Shown: positions 1 to 8,348, counted from the stretch's first letter. The stretch is DNA of 20,666 bases from Spirochaetota bacterium (GCA_043803405.1 JAZDKB010000022.1:1-20666), one strand, 5' to 3'. A program made the numbers and translations. The notes: generated by a model not told the origin, from the letters alone.

Positions 1-197
1 TATTAAAATTGACAATTATTATTACATATAATTATAAATAATTTTGTAATCTATTAACCGGATTTATTTGTTTTATAATCAAAATAATTATTTTAGGGTG
101 CGTTCCGGTTCAAGTAAATTTTTTGGAAAAGATATTAATAATCGTGAATTAAGCATTAGAATATTGTTTGCATATTATATAATTACAGGAGTTTTTT

Positions 198-512
198 ATG
201 GAATATTTAAGAATCTGGTCCGAAGTAGATACACAGAAAATACAGAATAGCATTTTAATTGTAGATGATAAATTCGGTTTTTGTCCTTCATGCAAAGAAA
301 TGGGAATTAAAATCGATAATCTTAAAAGTTGCCCTAAATGCAAAAGAGAATTTAATTACGTTACATCCAGGGAAGCCCGCGGCGGTGAGAAAGGACTGGC
401 ATTTGTTGCGAGAACTTTAAAGAAGCTCCCGGGATTAACATTTATCGATTATGATGATTATGAATATATAACCCGAAAGAAAAAAGCACAGGGATTATTC
501 AATGGAATTTGA
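198..512 (+). CDS. Conserved hypothetical protein with zinc-ribbon motif (CxxC-x12-CxxC)
   Basis: 104-aa ORF; SD-like AGGAG at 187-191; CPSC and CPKC pairs. Confidence 0.8.
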   Translation: MEYLRIWSEVDTQKIQNSILIVDDKFGFCPSCKEMGIKIDNLKSCPKCKREFNYVTSREARGGEKGLAFVARTLKKLPGLTFIDYDDYEYITRKKKAQGLFNGI

Positions 513-602
513 TTTTATCTATAATTATTATTCTTGACTACCGGTTATTTATAATATAAATAAATTAGACCGATAGATATAATAAAAATAAAAAATTTTA
601 AT

Positions 603-1256
603 ATGAAAAAATTAGTTTTTATATATATATTTTGTTCGCTTATCTGCTTTACAAGCGCACTTAAAGCTGAGGAATACCTCGGTATTGGCGCTCATGTCGG
701 ATTCCATCATAATGTAGGAAACCTGGAATCGCAGGATTCCAACATTCAAATTGATCCTCAAAATAATTATTTTATAGGCTTTTCCTTTAAAACTAATTTT
801 TCATTTTTATTTACTCGGTTCGGAGCTGATACGACCTTTCTAATAAACAGAGGAGAAGTTTTACGTAATTCTGGTCCAAGTGGTAACAACGAAATAATAT
901 ATGCAAAAATTCATTATATTTCCATTCCTTTTTTTCTTGGTATAAATTATAAAATACTGGATATTGGAAATTTCTACATGGGTCCCGGAGTTTCTTATTT
1001 TTCAGCCAGAGGACGCATAACGTCTGCCAATACAAGCCTGTCGGAGGATATCAGCGCAACTGGCTGGGGATATGGTTTCATTGCAGGGATAGAATACAGG
1101 CTATTGATGAAATTAAATATTTATTTTGAATGGGAATACCTTGACGGTAAATCGGAACCGGTTCTGCAAAGCGGTTCAACATATAACTGGGATGATTTTT
1201 ATGTGGATTTTACAGGCCACAGGTTTATCCTGGGAATCAGGTATTATTTAATATAA
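603..1256 (+). CDS. Outer-membrane beta-barrel protein (OmpL1-like/porin family), paralog 1
   Basis: Signal peptide MKKLVFIYIFCSLICFTSALKA; alternating amphipathic Gly/aromatic-rich strands (IPFFLGINYK, FYMGPGVSYF, GYGFIAGIEY); C-terminal beta-signal-like FILGIRYYLI. Confidence 0.8.
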   Translation: MKKLVFIYIFCSLICFTSALKAEEYLGIGAHVGFHHNVGNLESQDSNIQIDPQNNYFIGFSFKTNFSFLFTRFGADTTFLINRGEVLRNSGPSGNNEIIYAKIHYISIPFFLGINYKILDIGNFYMGPGVSYFSARGRITSANTSLSEDISATGWGYGFIAGIEYRLLMKLNIYFEWEYLDGKSEPVLQSGSTYNWDDFYVDFTGHRFILGIRYYLI

Positions 1257-1307
1257 TCTGGATTAGTTAAGCTTTATGAAAAGCGGCTGCATGGCTAAAT
1301 ATTTATC

Positions 1308-2075
1308 ATGAAAAAGACATTATTAATAATCGTATTTTTAATTATAACACAAATACAGGATATTAGTGCGGAAACTGTTTCTGTTTCAGGCGGTTTTTAT
1401 GCCGCTTATATGCCGTCAATGGGCGGCAATCTGGGTTCATATACACAGGAAACTTATTTTAATTCAAATTCCGGGATTGACGGCATTAACCGGTCAATGG
1501 ACGGCTACAGCACAAGCAATATTGACAGACTTACGGGAGTTTTTGCCGGTTTTGACGTAAAAGCAATTTTTCATGATTATTATCTAATAAGAGTAGGCGC
1601 CAATTACGGAATGAGCATAATGGGTGGGAAGGGAAAGACAATTTATAATGATGGTACATATCATAATCTGGAATGCGAGTATTCCCTTAAACAGTACGAC
1701 TTCCCTGTTACTGTAGGTCTCTCAATTCCATTCTGGAAAGATGCGAGAATATCCCTTAGCTGCGGTACCGCATTTGCACGCGCGACTTATGAAAATAAGT
1801 TTGAATCAGATTCGACTGCTGCGCCATTTTCGGCCACCCAAAGTGCTATAAAAGGAAAATTTACAGGATGGGCTTTCCCGCTTGTCGTTATTATACAGGG
1901 CGATTATTTTCTTAAACAGGAAGTGGCTTTGACTACAACAATTGCGTATTATAAAGGCAGTACAAAAGTAATCAAAGACAGCAAAGATAACGATGGCAAC
2001 ATCGACTTTGCAAGCATAGATTTTACCGGATACAGATTCAACCTTGGAGTTTCATATTATTTTTATAGTAAATAA
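1308..2075 (+). CDS. Outer-membrane beta-barrel protein, OmpL1-like, paralog 2
   Basis: Signal peptide; YYLIRVGANYGMSIMGG and FPVTVGLSIPFWKDARI resemble the Leptospira OmpL1 segments as I recall them (YFFWRVAAEYTQKISGG, IPATVGIKLNVTEDAAI); C-terminal YRFNLGVSYYF. Confidence 0.78.
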   Translation: MKKTLLIIVFLIITQIQDISAETVSVSGGFYAAYMPSMGGNLGSYTQETYFNSNSGIDGINRSMDGYSTSNIDRLTGVFAGFDVKAIFHDYYLIRVGANYGMSIMGGKGKTIYNDGTYHNLECEYSLKQYDFPVTVGLSIPFWKDARISLSCGTAFARATYENKFESDSTAAPFSATQSAIKGKFTGWAFPLVVIIQGDYFLKQEVALTTTIAYYKGSTKVIKDSKDNDGNIDFASIDFTGYRFNLGVSYYFYSK

Positions 2076-2108
2076 TTTATTTTAAAGTGAAAGTTAAAAT
2101 TAAATAAT

Positions 2109-2900
2109 ATGACCAGAATAATTAAAAAAATAATTGTTTTAACAACAATCCTTATAGGGCTTATTTTATCTAATAACAATTATTTATATGCTATCGGCAG
2201 TTTTTCTTTAGGGATAAATACCGGAGCGACCTATGATCCGAACAACATGGAAAACGATATAATCCGGTTCAACAGAGCGATCGAATATCAGAAAGAGGCT
2301 GTAAGCGGAACAAAAGGGGAGCAGATCGATGTTCCTTATTCATTTATTTTAGGGGCAAGTTTAAGATACCAATTTAATTTTTTGCTATTCAGAGTGGGCG
2401 GACATTTTACGAAGCCGGGTGCAGGAACAAAAGGCAGCTTTACTCCCGCAGGCGGAGATAAAAATGTTATACGAATATCCACATACCAGGCAGCTTTCCC
2501 GGTAAGCATGGGATTCATTGTTCCCGTCAAAGAAAAGACATATTTTTATTTAGGCGGAGGTATTACGTATTACATGGCTTCGGTTAAGATCACGCAGTCA
2601 AACCCTGCGTCATGGCCAAATCCTGCAACTTGGCCAAACCCTGCTGTAGTCCCACCAACGGACAGGAAAGACAGCTATTACGGAAATTTCCCTGGCTGGC
2701 ATTTGCTGGTAGGAGCAGAGGTTCCATTGTTCGACAAATACAGCATAACGGTCGAATGGATGCACCAGGAAGGGCACTCATATCTTATAAAAAACCGCGG
2801 GCTGGATAATACAGGCAATAAAACTTCTGATCCCAATAGGGTAATAAACACCAAAGGCGATTTTATTCTTTTCGGCATCAATTATTATATCTCAATATGA
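2109..2900 (+). CDS. Outer-membrane beta-barrel protein (OmpL1-like), paralog 3
   Basis: Signal peptide; same strand pattern as paralogs 1 and 2 (FLLFRVGGHF, FPVSMGFIVP, FYLGGGITYY); C-terminal ILFGINYYISI. Confidence 0.78.
   Translation: MTRIIKKIIVLTTILIGLILSNNNYLYAIGSFSLGINTGATYDPNNMENDIIRFNRAIEYQKEAVSGTKGEQIDVPYSFILGASLRYQFNFLLFRVGGHFTKPGAGTKGSFTPAGGDKNVIRISTYQAAFPVSMGFIVPVKEKTYFYLGGGITYYMASVKITQSNPASWPNPATWPNPAVVPPTDRKDSYYGNFPGWHLLVGAEVPLFDKYSITVEWMHQEGHSYLIKNRGLDNTGNKTSDPNRVINTKGDFILFGINYYISI
2601..2645 (+). repeat. In-frame 18-bp tandem repeat (2.5 copies) encoding NPASWP-NPATWP-NPA
   Basis: aaccctgcgtcatggcca / aatcctgcaacttggcca / aaccctgct read directly. Confidence 0.85.
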
Positions 2901-3655
2901 ATCAATTTTTTATCTTCCTTTCAGGTACCATAACAGGCAGCTTCTTTTATACACTCGCAATACGCTTTATTGACGGATCATTTACAAAAGAAAAATATAA
3001 AGCATTGCTCACATTTTCAAAATGCCCTTTATGCGGGCACAGGATCAATCCGGTTTATTTAACGCCGGTAATAGGCTATTTGATTCTTAAAGGAAAATGC
3101 AAAGAATGCGGCGGGAAAATATCGAAATTCTATCCTTTAATGGAAATTTTTTTTGGAGTCCTGGCTTTAATTATTTATAATAAGTTAGGATTAAATATTT
3201 ATTCAATCAGCATTTATCTGATCGCAGGAATATCAATAGCAATTTCAGTAATTGATATAAAAATTTTAACTATACCGAATTCGCTTATTATTGTTATTAT
3301 AGCGTTATCGGTTTACCCGGTAATTTTTAATGATTCATTTCTGGATAATCTTTATGGTTTTCTTTTAATGGGAATTTTTTTTATTACTGCGTTATTAATT
3401 TTTCCCGGGAGTTTCGGCGGAGGAGACGTTAAGTTAGCTGCCGCGATCGGAATACTTTTAGGATTTGAGTTATCAATAGTAGCGCTGGAAGCTGCGCTTA
3501 TTACTGGCTCAATAGCCGGGGTGATTTATGCTGTTAAATCCAAAAAAGGCTTTAAAATAAAAATGCCCTTTGCTTCTTTTTTATGTCTGGGAATGTTGCT
3601 TTCTTTGTTATACGGGAGGGATATCCTTCTCGTTTATTATCGTTTTTTAGGCTGA
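2897..3655 (+). CDS. pilD: Prepilin peptidase / N-methyltransferase (peptidase A24)
   Basis: N-terminal Cys pairs CPLC and CKEC; multiple TM helices; catalytic Asp motifs VID and GGGDVKL; C-terminal KMPF; ATGA overlap with the upstream stop. Confidence 0.92.
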   Translation: MNQFFIFLSGTITGSFFYTLAIRFIDGSFTKEKYKALLTFSKCPLCGHRINPVYLTPVIGYLILKGKCKECGGKISKFYPLMEIFFGVLALIIYNKLGLNIYSISIYLIAGISIAISVIDIKILTIPNSLIIVIIALSVYPVIFNDSFLDNLYGFLLMGIFFITALLIFPGSFGGGDVKLAAAIGILLGFELSIVALEAALITGSIAGVIYAVKSKKGFKIKMPFASFLCLGMLLSLLYGRDILLVYYRFLG

Positions 3656-3657
3656 TT

Positions 3658-4611
3658 TTACCCGGTTTTTCCCTGGGTGTGTTTTGCTGAATTTTTGTTT
3701 GTTTCTTCTTTTTCCGGCAATCTGTATTTCCTTAATCTGATGGTATTGCCTTTTGTATTCCAATCAACCTCATCCATTAATGTTCTTATTATAAGAAGCC
3801 CTCTGCCGCTGTTTTTAAAAAAGTTTTCGGGATCACGCGGATCGGGCAATAAACTATAGTCGAATCCCTGACCGTCATCTTCAATTATATACTCAACATA
3901 TTCGCTGACCAGCTCGTAATAAACAGTTACTTTTTTATCGGAATATTTTTTTAAATTTTTTCTTCTGTTTACTTCTTCGTAAAAATCTTTTATTTCTTTT
4001 GTTTCAATTACATCTGAAGATATTTCCAGGTTTCCGTGTATAATTGCATTATCAATAGCTTCCTTTAATGCCAGGGAAATATTGCCGCTGGTCGTCCTGT
4101 TGCAGAAACCTGCAGAAGTCAGATCTTTTGTAAGAACATAAGTTATAACATTACATGCAGTCGTATCCGATGGAATTTCAAAAAGCCTTTTTTCGTATAA
4201 AATATATTGCCCAAGATTATCGACAATCTTTTCTTCCCGTTTGTTGCGCAATATCCGGTTTACAGTTGAAAGTATTTCGTTCAACTCGAACGGTTTTCTT
4301 ATGAAATCATAAGCTCCGTATCTTAATGCCTGAATGGCATGTTCAATGTTTCCATGTCCAGTTATCAGCAGAACAGGCATTGGATTATTCAATTTGTCTA
4401 TATGACGCAAGAGTTCTATCCCGTCTATACCCGGAAGCCTTATATCCGAGATTATCAGATCAACAGATGCTTCGTTCTTTTTAAGAATATCCAGAAGATT
4501 TTCCGCTTCGGCAAAAGTTACAACGTTAAGACCTATCTTCGAAAGCTTTTTATGCAGAACGCTCCTGATCTCTTCTTCATCGTCAACAACTGCAACAGTG
4601 TAATTTGACAT
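3658..4611 (-). CDS. Response-regulator receiver domain fused to an RsbW/SpoIIAB-like HATPase (anti-sigma-factor-type Ser kinase) domain
   Basis: REC motifs VVDDE, IISD (phosphoacceptor), ITGHG, RKPF; HATPase boxes EAIDNAIIHGN, IEDDGQGFD, SGRGL; no HisKA box. Start could be 4620 or 4611. Confidence 0.88.
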   Translation of the reverse strand: MSNYTVAVVDDEEEIRSVLHKKLSKIGLNVVTFAEAENLLDILKKNEASVDLIISDIRLPGIDGIELLRHIDKLNNPMPVLLITGHGNIEHAIQALRYGAYDFIRKPFELNEILSTVNRILRNKREEKIVDNLGQYILYEKRLFEIPSDTTACNVITYVLTKDLTSAGFCNRTTSGNISLALKEAIDNAIIHGNLEISSDVIETKEIKDFYEEVNRRKNLKKYSDKKVTVYYELVSEYVEYIIEDDGQGFDYSLLPDPRDPENFFKNSGRGLLIIRTLMDEVDWNTKGNTIRLRKYRLPEKEETNKNSAKHTQGKTG

Positions 4612-4635
4612 ATTATGCATTACAGTATTATCCTC

Positions 4636-5856
4636 TCAACCTTTATCATTCAGAATAAGATGCCCCATCTTTTCTTTTTTTGTTTTGAGATATTTCAGGT
4701 TATCTTTTGCAGGTTCAATTTCGATCGGAATTCTTTCTGTAATCTCAAGCCCATATCCTTCAAGGCCAATAATTTTCTTCGGATTATTTGTCATAAGCCT
4801 TATCTTATGCAGTCCTAAATCGACAAGTATCTGCGCTCCTATCCCGTAGTCCCGAAGGTCCGCAGGAAAACCAAGTTTAATGTTTGCCTCAACAGTGTCC
4901 ATCCCGTTATCCTGCAGGTGATAGGCTTTTAATTTATTGCCCAGTCCAATGCCCCTTCCTTCCTGCCTCATATAAAGCACCACGCCCATTCCATCTTTCT
5001 GTATCATTTCCATAGCCCTGTGCAACTGGGCGCCGCAATCGCATCTCATGGAACCAAGCGTGTCGCCTGTGAGGCATTCGGAATGAACGCGGACAAGAAC
5101 GCCCTCTCTTCCATCGATTTCCCCTTTAACAATAGCAAGGTGGAGCGAGCTATCGACAGTTGTTTCATAAGCGATTATCTCGAAATCCCCGTAAATTGTT
5201 GGAAGATTCGCTTTCGAGACCCTGTTTATCAGTCTTTCTTTATGCTGACGATATTTAATTAAATCGGATATAGTTGCAATTTTTAAACCATGTTTGTCGG
5301 CAAAGGCATCCAGATCCGGCCTTCTGGCCATGGTGCCGTCTTCTTTCATTATCTCGCATATTACGGCAGCCGGTTTTAATCCGGCAAGCCTTGCAAGGTC
5401 GACCGAGCCCTCAGTTTGACCGGCGCGTACCAGCACACCGCCTTTTTTTGCTGCGAGCGGGAAAAGATGCCCCGGCCTGTTAAGATCTTCCGGAACCGAC
5501 TCTTCATCAATCAGCACCCTGACTGTGCATGCCCTGTCGGCTGCGGAGATGCCTGTTGTAGTCCCTTCTTTTGCATCTACCGAAATAGTGAACGCTGTAC
5601 AAAATTTCTCGGAATTTTCCGGTACCATCAGCTTAAGCCCGATTTTCTCAAGTCTTTCAGCTGTCATTGCGACGCAAATAAGACCACGTCCGTAAGTTGC
5701 CATAAAATTGATTGCGGACGGTGTACAGAACTCAGCCGCTACTACCAGATCGCCCTCGTTTTCCCTGTCCTCATTATCAACAAGGATAATCATTTTACCG
5801 TTTCTTATGTCATCTATAGCTTCGGGTATTGTGCATGTTTTCATTGTATTATTCAT
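4636..5856 (-). CDS. ribBA: Bifunctional 3,4-dihydroxy-2-butanone-4-phosphate synthase / GTP cyclohydrolase II
   Basis: [28 protein letters not shown] (RibB); [30 protein letters not shown] (RibA). Start may be 5844. Confidence 0.97.
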   Translation of the reverse strand: MNNTMKTCTIPEAIDDIRNGKMIILVDNEDRENEGDLVVAAEFCTPSAINFMATYGRGLICVAMTAERLEKIGLKLMVPENSEKFCTAFTISVDAKEGTTTGISAADRACTVRVLIDEESVPEDLNRPGHLFPLAAKKGGVLVRAGQTEGSVDLARLAGLKPAAVICEIMKEDGTMARRPDLDAFADKHGLKIATISDLIKYRQHKERLINRVSKANLPTIYGDFEIIAYETTVDSSLHLAIVKGEIDGREGVLVRVHSECLTGDTLGSMRCDCGAQLHRAMEMIQKDGMGVVLYMRQEGRGIGLGNKLKAYHLQDNGMDTVEANIKLGFPADLRDYGIGAQILVDLGLHKIRLMTNNPKKIIGLEGYGLEITERIPIEIEPAKDNLKYLKTKKEKMGHLILNDKG

Positions 5857-6049
5857 TTAATTAGGCAATAATAACAGCCTAATAATCCGGTTAAATATAT
5901 TAATAATTTTGATATTAAAATATCGTTTAAAAGTTTTACCTGTGACCATAAAAATTAGAGCGAATAAATAGTCAAGGTATTTTTATAGTTTTATTAGTGA
6001 GTTTTCAGTTAAGAAAACACAGATAATCGCTTAAAAATTTACCAGGCTG

Positions 6050-6742
6050 TTATTGATCCGCAACTCCTAATACCTTTTTTTTCTCTACATAATAACAAAT
6101 AATCCATCCGAGTAAGGATGTTATATACATACTGAACAATATATCCGAAAAGAAGTGATATGCTAAAACGACCCTTGTAAATGCGGCAAGAATTCCATAA
6201 ATGCTTAATATAATAATAACATAATATTTTCGAATAAAAAACATAAAAGGGATAATATAAGAGAATGTTTCGCTAGTATGACCGGAAGGAAATGAATAAT
6301 ATTTAACGGATAAATTAAACGCTGAATACTCTTCAAGTTTTGTGCCAGGCCTGGGTTTTCCAACAATAATTTTCAATAACCATGTGACAAGACCTGATGC
6401 GATTATAAGTATAAGTACGGCGGAAATGGTAATATTTTTAAATAAACAGTATAAATCATTGTTTTTATCCTTATAATAAAACGTCAAGATAAGAGTGCAA
6501 ATAACGCCTGCTCTTAAAAGCCAGAAATGATTATCGGAAATATTTTTGATGATAGGAGTTAAGCCGGATTTCTCCGGCACACCTGCATCGATGAGTTCTT
6601 TTATATCTCTGTGCTCCAGCCAGAAATATCGGGAGATATTTTTATCGTTAACGAAAATTAAAAATACTTGAAGGAATAAATATATAAAAGTAAGAATCAG
6701 CAAAGTCCTTATTAAGTCTTTACGTGATGTTATATTATTCAT
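6050..6742 (-). CDS. PAP2-family membrane phosphatase
   Basis: C1 KIIVGKPRP, C2 FPSGH, C3 TRVVLAYHFFSD; several TM segments. Confidence 0.9.
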   Translation of the reverse strand: MNNITSRKDLIRTLLILTFIYLFLQVFLIFVNDKNISRYFWLEHRDIKELIDAGVPEKSGLTPIIKNISDNHFWLLRAGVICTLILTFYYKDKNNDLYCLFKNITISAVLILIIASGLVTWLLKIIVGKPRPGTKLEEYSAFNLSVKYYSFPSGHTSETFSYIIPFMFFIRKYYVIIILSIYGILAAFTRVVLAYHFFSDILFSMYITSLLGWIICYYVEKKKVLGVADQ

Positions 6743-6830
6743 TTTTCGGCTTGACCCTGATACAAAGCATGTTAAATGGGTTTTAAAATCTCAATAACTT
6801 TTTTTATATCAATTACAGTTTCATAAGGTT

Positions 6831-7667
6831 ATGCGAATGATATTTCATAATTCATCTTTACTGGTTAAGCCGGCGGCCTTTTTGTGCGTTGTGATAATTG
6901 CCGCATCCTGCTCTAATGCACGTGTAAAAAAAAATGATAACATACAATTTGCTATAATTAACAATACCCGGGGGGAATCGCCGTACAGCGGATTAGGTCC
7001 AAAAGTATTACCTGTTCTTAAACAGATCAAGGATGAGAATCCGGTGTTTTTAATTCATCTGGGTGGAATTATTTGCGGCGGAGAGAATTGGTATGGTGTT
7101 TCAAAAGCAGATGTCGATAGACAATATCTGGAAATATTTTCCATTATATTAAAAGTCTTACCTAACTTTTATACTGTAAAAAGCGAAACTGAGCTTCTGA
7201 ATACTTCTTCAGAATATTATTCTAAATATTCAGGGAAGAAAGATTATTATTCCTTCAATTGCGGAAATTCACATTTTATTGTACTCGATTCAACCCAAAA
7301 GACCATATCCGATAAACAGAAAGAATGGTTAAAGAATGACCTTGAAGAAACCGGTAACTTGCAGGATATTTTCGTTTTTATAAGTGATCCGATATTCATC
7401 CCGAACCAGTATAAATATCTTAACCTGCAAATTTGCAAAGGTCATGAACTACTGCATAAACATTTTGCAAAGCACCGTGTGAAAGCAGTATTTTCAGGAA
7501 GCGGTTCGGTATACTTTAAAAGCGATATTGACGGGGTTTCATATATAAATACAGGATGCGGCGGATTTAACAAAATTGATTACAATAACGGTTATTGTCA
7601 GTATTATGTTGCAGAATTTAAAAACGGAGCGCTACGAGTTTATCCGAAATATTCCGGCATTAAATAA
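6831..7667 (+). CDS. Putative lipoprotein with calcineurin-like metallophosphoesterase fold, catalytic motifs degenerate
   Basis: Lipobox-like IAAS-C27; fold-typical scaffold (YYSFNCGNSHFIVLDS, QKEWLKNDL, VKAVFSG, GVSYINTGCGG) but no D-x-H, GDxxD, GNH or GHxH. Confidence 0.75.
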   Translation: MRMIFHNSSLLVKPAAFLCVVIIAASCSNARVKKNDNIQFAIINNTRGESPYSGLGPKVLPVLKQIKDENPVFLIHLGGIICGGENWYGVSKADVDRQYLEIFSIILKVLPNFYTVKSETELLNTSSEYYSKYSGKKDYYSFNCGNSHFIVLDSTQKTISDKQKEWLKNDLEETGNLQDIFVFISDPIFIPNQYKYLNLQICKGHELLHKHFAKHRVKAVFSGSGSVYFKSDIDGVSYINTGCGGFNKIDYNNGYCQYYVAEFKNGALRVYPKYSGIK

Positions 7668-7670
7668 ATC

Positions 7671-7712
7671 CAAATAAAAAAGCCCGCATTTTTATTCGGG
7701 GCCTTTTATTTG
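7671..7712. terminator. Probable bidirectional intrinsic terminator between convergent genes
   Basis: Imperfect inverted repeat caaataaaaaagcccg ... cggggccttttatttg with A- and T-tracts on either side, 4 nt after the 7667 stop. Confidence 0.7.
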
Positions 7713-7740
7713 AATTTTAATTATCTTAAATAGTTATGAA

Positions 7741-7950
7741 TTAGTACTGATATGCCAGATTTATTTTATATGTCTTTTTTATCGCATTGAGTATGGCAGG
7801 GACAATAGATGGATTTTTGCCTTTCAAATCATTAAGTATGGTTAAAACTTCAGTTCTTGTTAATGCAACATCATAATGATCGCAAGCATTCCTTTGCTTT
7901 GCTCCGCATATCTCTTTATTTATACAGTCACCGCACATTGAAGTATTCAT
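7741..7950 (-). CDS. Small Cys-rich hypothetical protein (C-x2-C-x5-C-x7-C-x-H)
   Basis: 69-aa ORF in otherwise empty intergenic DNA; strong SD (AAGAGGAG) 6 nt before ATG; upstream sigma-54 promoter; downstream terminator. Confidence 0.75.
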   Translation of the reverse strand: MNTSMCGDCINKEICGAKQRNACDHYDVALTRTEVLTILNDLKGKNPSIVPAILNAIKKTYKINLAYQY

Positions 7951-7999
7951 TTTTGCTCTCCTCTTGAGATTAATCTAAGAATTGTATGATAATATATAA

Positions 8000-8015
8000 T
8001 GCAAGTTATATGCCA
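8000..8015 (-). promoter_or_regulatory. Sigma-54 (RpoN) -24/-12 promoter
   Basis: Minus strand reads TGGCAT-ATAAC-TTGCA versus consensus TGGCAC-N5-TTGCW: exact spacing, one mismatch, 50 nt upstream of the ATG at 7950. Confidence 0.8.
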
Positions 8016-8203
8016 AACATTATTTATAGTTCAATAAATATCAATTATTTTTAAATATTTACTAAAAAATAAAGAAATTTATATAAATAATACAATTTTT
8101 ATTAGTTTCACAAGTTATTTTTTTAAAAACTGATTATACCAATAAATTTTATTAAACAAATAATAATTTTTGTTAATTAATAATTGATCTTATAGGTTTT
8201 TTA

Positions 8204-8348
8204 TGTTGCATTTTTACAGCAGAGTATCATTTTTGCAACATCTATAGAAAAAACATTATTTTAAATTATTTCCCAGAGTTATTTTCCAGATTTCTATTTG
8301 ATTATGCTGCTAAAAGTAGACATCCTGAACTGTATCATTTTTGCAATA
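8204..8348. promoter_or_regulatory. Cluster of 18-bp pseudo-palindromic boxes (approx. TGTTGCA-N4-TGCAACA), candidate enhancer-binding-protein sites
   Basis: 8204-8221 TGTTGCATTTTTACAGCA; 8223-8240 AGTATCATTTTTGCAACA; 8331-8348 TGTATCATTTTTGCAATA; weaker 8305-8322 TGCTGCTAAAAGTAGACA. The 15-mer GTATCATTTTTGCAA is exactly repeated at 8224 and 8332. Confidence 0.6.

Noticed and set aside
68..250. 60-aa TTG-start ORF overlapping the 198 gene
   Set aside because: No SD or motif, and it overlaps the better-supported ORF in another frame.
5857..6049. FMN riboswitch upstream of ribBA
   Set aside because: The region is very AT-rich and lacks the conserved RFN motifs and GC stems.
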